DNA of 20,081 nucleotides, from contig CAZBPC010000062.1 in assembly GCA_964493715.1 (NCBI GenBank), positions 1-20,081 of the forward strand, in the 5' to 3' direction. Under the pieces are notes generated by a model. It saw only the letters and a list, made by a program, of their open reading frames with translations, had not been told where the DNA came from and made no database searches. Below are positions 1 through 8,102 of this stretch, piece after piece. This stretch comes from an uncultured archaeon. Lineage in GTDB: Archaea > Asgardarchaeota > Lokiarchaeia > Sigyniarchaeales > SOKP01. Made by a program: the position numbers and the translations under genes. Each line of letters opens with the position of its first letter. The first letter of the stretch is position 1.

Positions 1-144
1 TGGTGTTGGTGCTTCTTTTATGGGTGTTGATGGTGTTTCTTTTATGAGTGTCGGTGGTGCTGGTGTTTCTTTTATGGGTGTCGGTGGTGCTGGTGTTTCT
101 TTTATGGGTGTTGATGGTGTTTCTTCTATGGGTGTTGGTGGTGG
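1..144 (-). repeat. Coding tandem repeat of mixed 24-nt and 30-nt units encoding TPIKETP(S/APP)
   Basis: The plus-strand core tggtgtttcttttatgggtgt recurs with point variants. Minus-strand peptide units are TPIEETPS / TPIKETPAPP / TPIKETPAPP / TLIKETPS / TPIKEAPTP, and the array reaches the window edge. Confidence 0.92.
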
Positions 145-1191
145 TTGGCAGCTATTTTGAAGCAAGCTTTTTATTCTCTGTGCTTTTTCATAAAATTCCC
201 TTCCTAATGAGTCATCTCCTAATTCTATGCATAAATAGCTTATTTTTTCAAATAAAGCAGCAGCATTTTGAAATTCTGCATTTTCTAATGATCTCATTGC
301 CTCCTCTATGAACATATCTCTTTCTAAAAGTGGTTTTAATAATGGTGAGATCTCAGCACTCATTTCTAAAATATCTGCAATAATTTGTATCATTTTATCC
401 CTGTTTTTTGCTTCTTTAGCAATCATTGAATAAGTTTTTAATCCCAAGATCGTCTCAATCTGTTCTGGTTTTAACGAATCCTTGAGATCTTGTTTATTCC
501 CTATTACTGCCACATGGGCTTGTCCAGCTTGTTCTTTAATTAATTCTAAGAAAAACTTGCTTTTTTCAATATTTTCTAACGATGAATCTGTGATTAAGAG
601 AACGGCATCACTTCCCTTTATAAAATTATTCCAAAGATAACTAAATTGTTCCTGTCCAGCAAAATCCCATAAATGGAAATAAAGCTTTCCTATTTTAATT
701 GTTGCAATATCTCCGGTTATCGTGGGGACATGTTGCATTGGGATTTCTTCTGCTTTAATTAATCTAGTGATTGTCGTCTTACCTACTCCTGAAAATCCAA
801 CAAGTGAAATCTTAGGACGTAGATTTCTATGGATTGAATCAATGGTAGGATCAAAAACCTCAAAGGTCTTAGAATCATATTTATGGTGCAAAATATCTTC
901 AAACAAATTCAAAAATTCTTTTTTACACTTGATTAATTCTTTTTTAATATTATCGAAACTATCAGTAAGTCCAGTAACAAAAAGAAACATGAGATTAAGA
1001 TCCTTTTCTGTTATGTAGGACATTCGATACTTATAATAATCATGATAATCGACCTTATTTCCTCCTTTACTTAAAGCTTCGTTGCTTAAGTCCCCAATTA
1101 TTGAATCAAAAATATCTTTCTTTAAAGCTTTACCAAAATGTCTGTAATAAATTATTTCTCCTTCTTTTAAAATATATACTTGTCTTAAAAT
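1..1191 (-). CDS. Multidomain small GTPase (longin-like N-terminus + Arf-like GTPase + MIT/TPR-like helical bundle + Pro/Thr-rich repeat), 3' end truncated by the window edge; not in the supplied ORF track
   Basis: Manual translation of the minus strand gives an uninterrupted frame from the TGA at 1200-1198 to base 1: (I)LRQVYILKEGEIIYYRHFG...RPKISLVGFSGVGKTT (G1, 798-775)...HVPTITG (G2)...LWDFAGQEQFSYLWNNF (G3, 669-649)...VIGNKQD (G4, 498-487)...YSMIA...EEAMRSLENAEFQNAAALFEK...PPPTPIEETPSTPIKETPAPP. GAGGTGA lies just upstream. The start is probably ATT (1191) or ATA (1194); the first in-frame ATG is at 1023. Confidence 0.92.
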   Translation of the reverse strand, partial: MLRQVYILKEGEIIYYRHFGKALKKDIFDSIIGDLSNEALSKGGNKVDYHDYYKYRMSYITEKDLNLMFLFVTGLTDSFDNIKKELIKCKKEFLNLFEDILHHKYDSKTFEVFDPTIDSIHRNLRPKISLVGFSGVGKTTITRLIKAEEIPMQHVPTITGDIATIKIGKLYFHLWDFAGQEQFSYLWNNFIKGSDAVLLITDSSLENIEKSKFFLELIKEQAGQAHVAVIGNKQDLKDSLKPEQIETILGLKTYSMIAKEAKNRDKMIQIIADILEMSAEISPLLKPLLERDMFIEEAMRSLENAEFQNAAALFEKISYLCIELGDDSLGREFYEKAQRIKSLLQNSCQPPPTPIEETPSTPIKETPAPPTPIKETPAPPTLIKETPSTPIKEAPTP

Positions 1192-1197
1192 TATAGT

Positions 1198-1204
1198 TCA
1201 CCTC
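1198..1204 (-). promoter_or_regulatory. Shine-Dalgarno site GAGGTGA for the GTPase gene
   Basis: The minus strand reads ...TTGAGGTGAACT-ATA-ATT-TTA-AGA-CAA. GAGGTGA matches the archaeal consensus SD and sits in the 46-nt gap after the roadblock-like gene. Confidence 0.7.
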
Positions 1205-1237
1205 AACAAATTTAAGCTCGTATTATCATCTCTAATA

Positions 1238-1732
1238 TTATTGACTCGATATATAATTAACAAGCTCTTTGATAACTGAATATTTTTTCTCATCAATTTT
1301 TCCCTTCGATAATGATTCTTCCATATTACTAATCTCTTTAGAGAAATCAAATATTGAAAATTCTTTAATTTCATGTTCCGTTGATTCTTCACTCAGTCTA
1401 TCTAATAATATTTTGATACTTGGCATAAATTTTGCCAAATTCAGATCTAATCCTAACTTAGAAATTAATATTAATTCGTCGTTAAATGTAAATAAGTAAT
1501 TAAATTTCTCTGCTTCAACAGCAAAAGAATTAATTTTATTCAGATTTAGTTCTTTCGCAATATCTTTAGAATTGGATATTAAAGAAAGAATTTTCTGTGG
1601 AATAATCTTACCTTGGAAAAACTCCTTTATTTTTGATGATAGTATTATTCCATAATTATTAGCAATAGCACATTCTGAATTTAATTCTTTCTGTAATTGA
1701 GAGATTATTTCATCGTAATTTGTCTTATTCAT
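1238..1732 (-). CDS. Roadblock/LC7 (LAMTOR/MglB/profilin-like fold) domain protein with a C-terminal helical extension
   Basis: 164 aa. The pattern is helix (YDEIISQLQKEL), beta-hairpin (CAIANNYGIILSS), helix, three strands (SFAVEA/NYLFTF/LILISK), helix (LAKFMPSIKILLDRL), typical of roadblock-type folds. It lies directly upstream of a small GTPase gene. Confidence 0.6.
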   Translation of the reverse strand: MNKTNYDEIISQLQKELNSECAIANNYGIILSSKIKEFFQGKIIPQKILSLISNSKDIAKELNLNKINSFAVEAEKFNYLFTFNDELILISKLGLDLNLAKFMPSIKILLDRLSEESTEHEIKEFSIFDFSKEISNMEESLSKGKIDEKKYSVIKELVNYISSQ

Positions 1733-1835
1733 GATTATATAGCATAAATTATTGAATAAATAATAATATCAGATTTATTTATATTTATTTAAACTAAGAA
1801 TTCATTGCAAAATTTATCCTCATTGCACTTTCAAA

Positions 1836-2621
1836 TTGAAAATATATAAAAACCATTTTTCAGAAGAAGAATCAGACGTTACAATTATCTCAGAATCGAA
1901 GAATGCTATTTTAAAGGCTAAACATCAATTTTTCTATCATCGAAAATTATTAGAAAAGTATACTGCAAAAAATTCAATTTTCTTGCGTTCATTTGAACCA
2001 ATAAAGGTTTCATCTCCTCATGAGATCATAAATTTAATGGTTAGATATTCATGGATATGTAATGTCGGACCAATGGCTACTGTAGCAGGCGCTTTAGCAG
2101 ATTTAATGCTCAATTCCATGAAGAAGAATGAGGAAAATTTTATTCCAGCAAGAATAGCATTGGTAGAAAATGGGGGGGAAATCGCAATTGACTCGGAGAA
2201 ACTAATGAAAATTGCCTTATATGCCGGAGAAAATAAGCTTAATTTAAATATAGGATTTTTAATTGAAAAGAACGATTGTCCGATTGGTATTGCTACGAGT
2301 TCCGCTACGGTTGGTCACGCTATTAGTTTAGGTCAAGCCGATGCTGTAACTATATTTGCAGAAAATGCCACTCTTGCTGATGGAGCTGCAACACGAATAG
2401 CTAATTTGGTAAAGGGAGATGATATAGAGAAGTCTATTAAGACTGCTCTGGATGCCACTGAAGATATACCCGGAATTAGGGCAGCTTTAATAAGTCGAGA
2501 AAATAAAGTAGGACAAATAGGAAAATTACCTAAAATCTTTAAAATTATTGGGGAGAAAAATAAAATTCTAAAAGCTAAACTTGATACAATTTTTCCCGGC
2601 GATTATGAAATTTTTAAATAA
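1836..2621 (+). CDS. UPF0280 family protein (ApbE-like superfamily)
   Basis: Family motifs VGPMATVAGALAD, VENGGEIAI, GIATSSATVGHAISLGQADAVTI and ADGAATRIAN; TTG start. Confidence 0.9.
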   Translation: MKIYKNHFSEEESDVTIISESKNAILKAKHQFFYHRKLLEKYTAKNSIFLRSFEPIKVSSPHEIINLMVRYSWICNVGPMATVAGALADLMLNSMKKNEENFIPARIALVENGGEIAIDSEKLMKIALYAGENKLNLNIGFLIEKNDCPIGIATSSATVGHAISLGQADAVTIFAENATLADGAATRIANLVKGDDIEKSIKTALDATEDIPGIRAALISRENKVGQIGKLPKIFKIIGEKNKILKAKLDTIFPGDYEIFK

Positions 2622-4908
2622 CCCAATACAGTGGAGAATCCTCTCCAGTATTGCTTCTTGAAGAAAAAATTCTATTTAAATAATTTAGATGGTAATATTC
2701 TTCAATTTCCTCATCAGAAAGCTCACTAAAAATAGATGATGAAAAAGCATTATAGTAATGCTTTGATACGAGTAAATATACTGAAGTGTTAAACGTTTTT
2801 TTTAAATTCGTTAACACATTAATTCCATTTTGTATGTGCAATGAAGGTTTTAAATAAATATCATTCACCCTGAGATAAATATTAAGCTCAGGGATGGTCC
2901 CGTTAAGTTGTATATTTTCTTTCTGATATCCATAATAAATGAATACTGGCGCCCATCCAAATTCAGCAATGATAATATTATTGGTTGTACCATATTTAGA
3001 ATAATTATCAACTAAACTAGTGTCAGTTTTATTTAAACTCCAAATACCTACAGCATAATTCTCATCGGTATAAGTGATGATTAATGAAAGGGTAATTATC
3101 AATGTAAGCATCAATTTATTCTTTAAAAGCTTAATCTTGCGTGTTTTCATTAACTTATAAACATACGCTGAAAACCCTATCGCAAAAATGGGAGAACTAA
3201 GATACAATATTCTTGAAGAGAATGAATAAGTGCTAAATAATATATCAAAAGCAACACCGGCTATCAAGAGTGAAACTAAGCCTATTCCCCAAAACCATAA
3301 AGGTTTGCCTCTAGTTTTGAATTGAAATGAAATCATTCCCCAAACACCAAATAATATAAAAATCACCATCTCAAATCCATAAATGAGATCTAGCACATTA
3401 AAATTGAATAAAAGTGCATTCAATATCCCAAATAATAAAATAGCAATTATGGATAATGTGAAAATTCCTGGAACAAGATACTTTTCTTCAATAATTTTTA
3501 TAAGTTTGAATTTTTTTCCTTCTATAACTTGCTTATAGGTTCCTTTTGTGAACCCAATATTTTTTCGAAGAAAATATAAAATACACCCAATAATGATACC
3601 TAATCCTCCTAATGATATTAATAAGATTTGTATGGGAATCGTTGATAATGAATTGATTACAGCAAAGTGCCCCGTACTTATACCTTGAATATATAAGATA
3701 AAAAACATCAGCAAACACATGCATAATAATAAAAAATCAAAGCCTCGTCGATAATCGATAATGAAATACACTAAATAAACCCACAAAAATGAGACTAACA
3801 AAATCATAGCTAATAATGAGTGGGAAAATAGAGAACTTAGAAATATAAGAAGAATTATGGGATATATGACTCCTATATTACCCAGTACTTGTCTTAATGA
3901 TGGCGTTGCTTCTTTTACAAAATTTTGAATCCTAGTATAGAGTAGGAAAAATATAAGTAAACCCTGAATTAACACGATACTTGAAGGCCAAAATTGGTAC
4001 ATCATATTTGAAAATCCTAGCGAAGAAAATATCAATATATACACTCCAAATAAAGCAATATTTTTACTCCGAAATATCCTTTTAAATAGAATATAAACAA
4101 CTAAGGCGGAGACTGGAAACGTGTAGAAGACAAAATACCTCGGGATTAGTATAATATCAATACCCGAGAAATATTGTATTACTGCACCAAATACGTGTAA
4201 CCCCATTGCTCCAAAATAATCAGTTATAGGTAAAGTATGAGTTAGAGTGATATATTTAATGATCGAGATATGCAACCATCCATCAGTGCCAACAAAAATT
4301 TCTACTCGAACTAAATCCAAAATACAAGTTAAAGCCAGGAATAGAATAAAGTAAAAGGAATTAGATTTAAGGATGTGCTTTAAGATCTTTAAGGGATTCA
4401 AATCATTATTAATATCTTTTGATGATGTCTTTTGGGATCTTTTGAAGATCATGGGGCTTGGACTCTTAAGATCAATGATAATTATTATACATAGTATAGT
4501 TAAAAATGAAACAGTCATTACTAAAAAGAAGTATTGTGAAGTAAGAAGACAATTAGCATAGTATCCAATTATCCCACTAACGATATATAATGCCATATTT
4601 GACACTATAGTAATTGCAACTTTTTCTAACAATTTAAAATCAGTATTTCTTAAACTCCTTAAAATAAGAGGATATAGTGGTAAAAATAAGATAGCATTTA
4701 TCATGCTAATATAAACCATCAAGTTAAAAAAGAGAGATAAAATAATCAAATTTGGATCTTCCAACACCTGATTGAAACCTAAAATATGTAATAGAATAAA
4801 GAAAATCGTTATGAGAGACCAAAGAATTGAAATGAACTGAACTCTATGGCGAACATATTGAAAAACCTTTAAAATATTAAACGACATCTTTATACGTAGA
4901 AAATGCAT
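2614..4908 (-). CDS. Large polytopic membrane protein, probable GT-C-fold (polyprenol-phosphate-sugar dependent) glycosyltransferase
   Basis: 764 aa with well over a dozen hydrophobic segments. It has an acidic loop motif GTDGWLH immediately after a TM helix and a ~150-aa soluble C-terminal domain, and it sits in a glycosylation locus. An alternative ATG start is at 4887. Confidence 0.6.
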   Translation of the reverse strand: MHFLRIKMSFNILKVFQYVRHRVQFISILWSLITIFFILLHILGFNQVLEDPNLIILSLFFNLMVYISMINAILFLPLYPLILRSLRNTDFKLLEKVAITIVSNMALYIVSGIIGYYANCLLTSQYFFLVMTVSFLTILCIIIIIDLKSPSPMIFKRSQKTSSKDINNDLNPLKILKHILKSNSFYFILFLALTCILDLVRVEIFVGTDGWLHISIIKYITLTHTLPITDYFGAMGLHVFGAVIQYFSGIDIILIPRYFVFYTFPVSALVVYILFKRIFRSKNIALFGVYILIFSSLGFSNMMYQFWPSSIVLIQGLLIFFLLYTRIQNFVKEATPSLRQVLGNIGVIYPIILLIFLSSLFSHSLLAMILLVSFLWVYLVYFIIDYRRGFDFLLLCMCLLMFFILYIQGISTGHFAVINSLSTIPIQILLISLGGLGIIIGCILYFLRKNIGFTKGTYKQVIEGKKFKLIKIIEEKYLVPGIFTLSIIAILLFGILNALLFNFNVLDLIYGFEMVIFILFGVWGMISFQFKTRGKPLWFWGIGLVSLLIAGVAFDILFSTYSFSSRILYLSSPIFAIGFSAYVYKLMKTRKIKLLKNKLMLTLIITLSLIITYTDENYAVGIWSLNKTDTSLVDNYSKYGTTNNIIIAEFGWAPVFIYYGYQKENIQLNGTIPELNIYLRVNDIYLKPSLHIQNGINVLTNLKKTFNTSVYLLVSKHYYNAFSSSIFSELSDEEIEEYYHLNYLNRIFSSRSNTGEDSPLYWVI

Positions 4909-5047
4909 TCTGATATATTCTAATATATTATTATTTTTGTGAATTATTAGTTTTTTTATACAAAATGAAAATTAAGAATTTAATGCCATAATTACAATAT
5001 ATTTTAATTCCCATAGATATATAGATATTTGATTATTCCAAGGACTC

Positions 5048-6016
5048 ATGTTAAAAAATAAAAAAGTATTAATTACCGGAGCTGGCGGCTTTATTGGGTC
5101 TCATCTTACGGAAGAGTTGTTAAAATATGATAATTTCGTAGTGTTAATAGATAATTTCAATGATTATTATAGTGGAAAAGAAAAACAGCTAAATAGTATC
5201 ATCAAAGATTACAAATTACACGAAAATTATGAATTATTTAAAGATGATCTTCTTGATTTATCCTTATATAACCATATTGAAACAGATATAGAATATGTAT
5301 TTCATCTTGCAGCTCAAGCGGGAGTTAGATACTCTTTAGAGCATCCTTCTGAAGTTTCTTATAATAATATTGTAAGTACTGTAAATGTATTTGAATTCTC
5401 AAAAAAATTAGAGAATTTAAAAAAGGTAGTTTTTGCTTCTTCCTCCTCAATCTATGGAAATCCAATATATACACCTGTCGATGAACAACATCCAAAAAAT
5501 CCGATTTCTCCATATGCAGTTTCAAAGTTAAGTGGAGAATTATATGCTAAGTTATATTATAATGAATTTAATTTACCGATTACCTCTTTAAGATTCTATA
5601 CTGTTTATGGACCTCGCGGTAGACCTGATATGGCAATTAGGAAATTTTTTAATTTGATTCTTCAAGGAAATGAAATCCTAATTTACGGTGATGGAACTCA
5701 ACAACGAGATTTTACATATATTTCTGATATACTCAATGGAATAATTCTTGCTGGTGAAAATCAAAAAATAAATGGAGAGATTTTCAATCTAGGAAATTCT
5801 AGTCCAATTACAATTAATGATTTAGTTGATTACATGTACGAAATTGCTAATAAACCTAAAAAAGTAAAATACATTGAGAAACAAAAAGGAGATGTTGAAA
5901 TCACTCACTCAAATATAGAGAAAGCGAAAAAAATCCTTAATTATCACCCTAAAATTTCTATAAGGGAAGGATTATTAAAACAATATAATTGGCAAGTTAA
6001 TTTCAATTCTAATTAA
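5048..6016 (+). CDS. NAD-dependent epimerase/dehydratase, UDP-glucuronate 4-epimerase-like
   Basis: TGAGGFIG, HLAAQAGVRYS, ASSSSIYG, YAVSK and LRFYTVYGPRGRPDMA. The AQAGVRYS and GRPDMA motifs are characteristic of UDP-GlcA 4-epimerase-type extended SDRs. Confidence 0.85.
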   Translation: MLKNKKVLITGAGGFIGSHLTEELLKYDNFVVLIDNFNDYYSGKEKQLNSIIKDYKLHENYELFKDDLLDLSLYNHIETDIEYVFHLAAQAGVRYSLEHPSEVSYNNIVSTVNVFEFSKKLENLKKVVFASSSSIYGNPIYTPVDEQHPKNPISPYAVSKLSGELYAKLYYNEFNLPITSLRFYTVYGPRGRPDMAIRKFFNLILQGNEILIYGDGTQQRDFTYISDILNGIILAGENQKINGEIFNLGNSSPITINDLVDYMYEIANKPKKVKYIEKQKGDVEITHSNIEKAKKILNYHPKISIREGLLKQYNWQVNFNSN

Positions 6017-6095
6017 CAAGATTTAATACATCATATCACTTTATCTTTTAATGTAATAATCATGTTTTAAATAAATTATAAATGGAGCTTAGTAT

Positions 6096-7070
6096 TTGAC
6101 TATTTTAAGTTCAAGCGAAGATGTAGATGTATATTCTTCTAATCAAAACATTCTAAAATCTTCTCAAGATACTCCCTTTCAATATTTATACGATTTCTTA
6201 GAGAAATTCAAACAAAGAGATGATCAAATCCTAATATCCATTATTTTACCGATGTATAATGAGGAAAAGACAATTAAAAGTGTTTTAGAAAATCTACCGA
6301 ATCATAATTTTATTGAAATAATTGTAGTTAATGATAAGTCCACAGATGGTAGTTTAAAAGAAATTGAGAAGATAAAAGAGAATTTAAAATTAAAAATAGT
6401 AACCCATAAAGTCAATAAAGGTTATGGATCTGCTATACTAACAGGTATTAAACATGCTAAGGGCGACGTTATAGTAACAATGGATAGTGACGGTCAACAT
6501 GATCCAAAAGATTTGCTTACAATGATTCGACCCATTTTTGATAAAGAAGCTGATTACACTATAGGTTCAAGATATTTAGGAACATACTTCTATCAACTAC
6601 CTGTCTCGACAAGGCTAGGAGAATTATTTGTAGAAAAGTTACTCCAAATATTTTTTGGAAAGAGAATCATGAACAATCAAAATGGTTTTAGAGCTTTTAA
6701 TAGAGAAATTCTAAAAATATTTAATAACGTGAGATATGATGGTTATGCTTTTTGTACGGAACAAATTCTAAGAGCATCTATCGAGGGGTACAAGATAAAG
6801 GAATGCCCTATTAAGCTTTATGATAGAAAGCATGGATCATCTCATGTAGTTCTCTCAAAATTAGCGATAAATATATTTTCACTATTTTTTAGGTATCTTG
6901 TAAAAAAAATCAGGCTCACTGTAATCAAGAAAGACCAATATGGTAAGTTGAAAATCTATGAAAAAGATTTGAAAAAGAGTCCTGAATTGAAAGATCTTCG
7001 AATTAATAGAGATTTAACATATATTAATTCAAAGTTTTTTGTTGAACATAGAATCATGATAAACCCATGA
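6096..7070 (+). CDS. GT2 glycosyltransferase, DPM1-like polyprenol-phosphate glycosyltransferase (paralog 1)
   Basis: ISIILPMYNEE, VNDKSTDGS, NKGYGSA, TMDSDGQHDP, IGSRY and NNQNGFRAF; TTG start preceded by GGAG. Confidence 0.88.
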   Translation: MTILSSSEDVDVYSSNQNILKSSQDTPFQYLYDFLEKFKQRDDQILISIILPMYNEEKTIKSVLENLPNHNFIEIIVVNDKSTDGSLKEIEKIKENLKLKIVTHKVNKGYGSAILTGIKHAKGDVIVTMDSDGQHDPKDLLTMIRPIFDKEADYTIGSRYLGTYFYQLPVSTRLGELFVEKLLQIFFGKRIMNNQNGFRAFNREILKIFNNVRYDGYAFCTEQILRASIEGYKIKECPIKLYDRKHGSSHVVLSKLAINIFSLFFRYLVKKIRLTVIKKDQYGKLKIYEKDLKKSPELKDLRINRDLTYINSKFFVEHRIMINP

Positions 7071-7195
7071 CCAACATTTTTATCGTTTACAAGTCTTTTA
7101 TGTAATGGATTAATTTTATTACGTTAGAGCTATTTATACTAATAAGTGACTTAAAATTCTTATTGCTTTAGAATGAGAACTAATGGGGTTTTAGT

Positions 7196-8059
7196 TTGAA
7201 GATATTGTCTCGGAATAATACGAATGATCTTAATTTAGGAAAAAATAAAATTAAAACCCACCATAAAAGTTTTGGTTTTAAAGAATTATATAATTACATA
7301 GACAAATTCGATATATCAAAAGATTCAGTTCTCATTTCAATCATATTACCTGTCTATAACGAAGAAAATACTATAGGGTCTATTTTACAAAATCTGCCAT
7401 ACCATCCTTCTATTGAGATAATTGCAATTGATGACCAATCAACAGATGCAAGTCTAAAAGAAATTGAGAAGGTTCGTTTAAATCGAGGTATTAAAGTATT
7501 ACGTCATAAAGTTAATATGGGTTATGGAGCAACAATAATGACCGGTTTTAAAAATGCCACTGGTCAAATTATAGTGACAATGGATAGTGATGGACAACAT
7601 AACCCAGATGATCTTTATCATTTGATAAGACCTATTCTCAATGGAACTTCTGATTTTACTATAGGATCCAGGTACTTAGGATCTTACCATTATAGACTTC
7701 CCTTAGCTACAAGATTTGGTGAAGTATTAACCGAAAAATTACTCCGCTTATTTTTTGGTATAAACATTTTAAATAATCAAAACGGATTTCGAGCTTTTAA
7801 AAGAGATCTTATTCCTATTTTTATTAATATGCGGTATCTTGGATATGCATTCTGTACCGAGCAAATTCTAATTGCTACTTTATTTGGTTATAAAATTAAA
7901 GAATGCCCAATAAAAGTCTATGATAGAGAATTTGGGTCATCAAAAATAGTTTTGTGGAAATTAGCATTGGATATTTTATCAAATTTATTCATTTATGGCT
8001 TGAAAAACATAAAATGGATATTCGCTCATAAAAATGAGATAAGGAAACTTTTTCTTTAA
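7196..8059 (+). CDS. GT2 glycosyltransferase, DPM1-like polyprenol-phosphate glycosyltransferase (paralog 2)
   Basis: ISIILPVYNEE, IDDQSTDAS, TMDSDGQHNP, IGSRY, NNQNGFRAF and GYAFCTEQIL; colinear with the 6096-7070 protein; TTG start. Confidence 0.88.
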   Translation: MKILSRNNTNDLNLGKNKIKTHHKSFGFKELYNYIDKFDISKDSVLISIILPVYNEENTIGSILQNLPYHPSIEIIAIDDQSTDASLKEIEKVRLNRGIKVLRHKVNMGYGATIMTGFKNATGQIIVTMDSDGQHNPDDLYHLIRPILNGTSDFTIGSRYLGSYHYRLPLATRFGEVLTEKLLRLFFGINILNNQNGFRAFKRDLIPIFINMRYLGYAFCTEQILIATLFGYKIKECPIKVYDREFGSSKIVLWKLALDILSNLFIYGLKNIKWIFAHKNEIRKLFL

Positions 8060-8102
8060 TCAAATAATTGAAAATAATACATGCCTTTTTGTATGAAGTG
8101 AT

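Noticed and set aside
1-144. Repeat array considered as a possible CRISPR
   Set aside because: There are no unique spacers, the unit lengths are multiples of 3, the array is in frame within a CDS, and no cas genes are present.
1-144. Possible P(S/T)AP ESCRT-I (UEV)-binding late-domain motif in the tail
   Set aside because: The sequence is TPAPP/TPST, which does not match P[ST]AP.
48-311. 87-aa hydrophobic plus-strand ORF (MSVVLVFLLWV repeats) that resembles a membrane peptide
   Set aside because: It is the antisense shadow of the Pro/Thr repeat and helical domain of the GTPase gene, whose minus-strand frame carries clear conserved motifs.
1198-1392. 64-aa minus-strand ORF in frame with the GTPase, suggesting TGA readthrough or selenocysteine
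   Set aside because: It overlaps the roadblock-like gene in another frame and has no recognisable features. The TGA is better explained as part of the SD GAGGTGA.
1802-1827. Direct repeat TCATTGCA x2 in the divergent promoter region
   Set aside because: Only 8 bp in two copies, which is not distinguishable from chance without comparative data.
2172-2178. G7 homopolymer (and A/T runs of 8-9 nt elsewhere) as phase-variation tracts
   Set aside because: The G7 encodes the conserved NGGE motif. The A/T runs are expected in such AT-rich DNA and all frames are intact.
2614-4908. Membrane protein considered as the oligosaccharyltransferase AglB/STT3
   Set aside because: There is no WWDxG motif in the C-terminal soluble domain.
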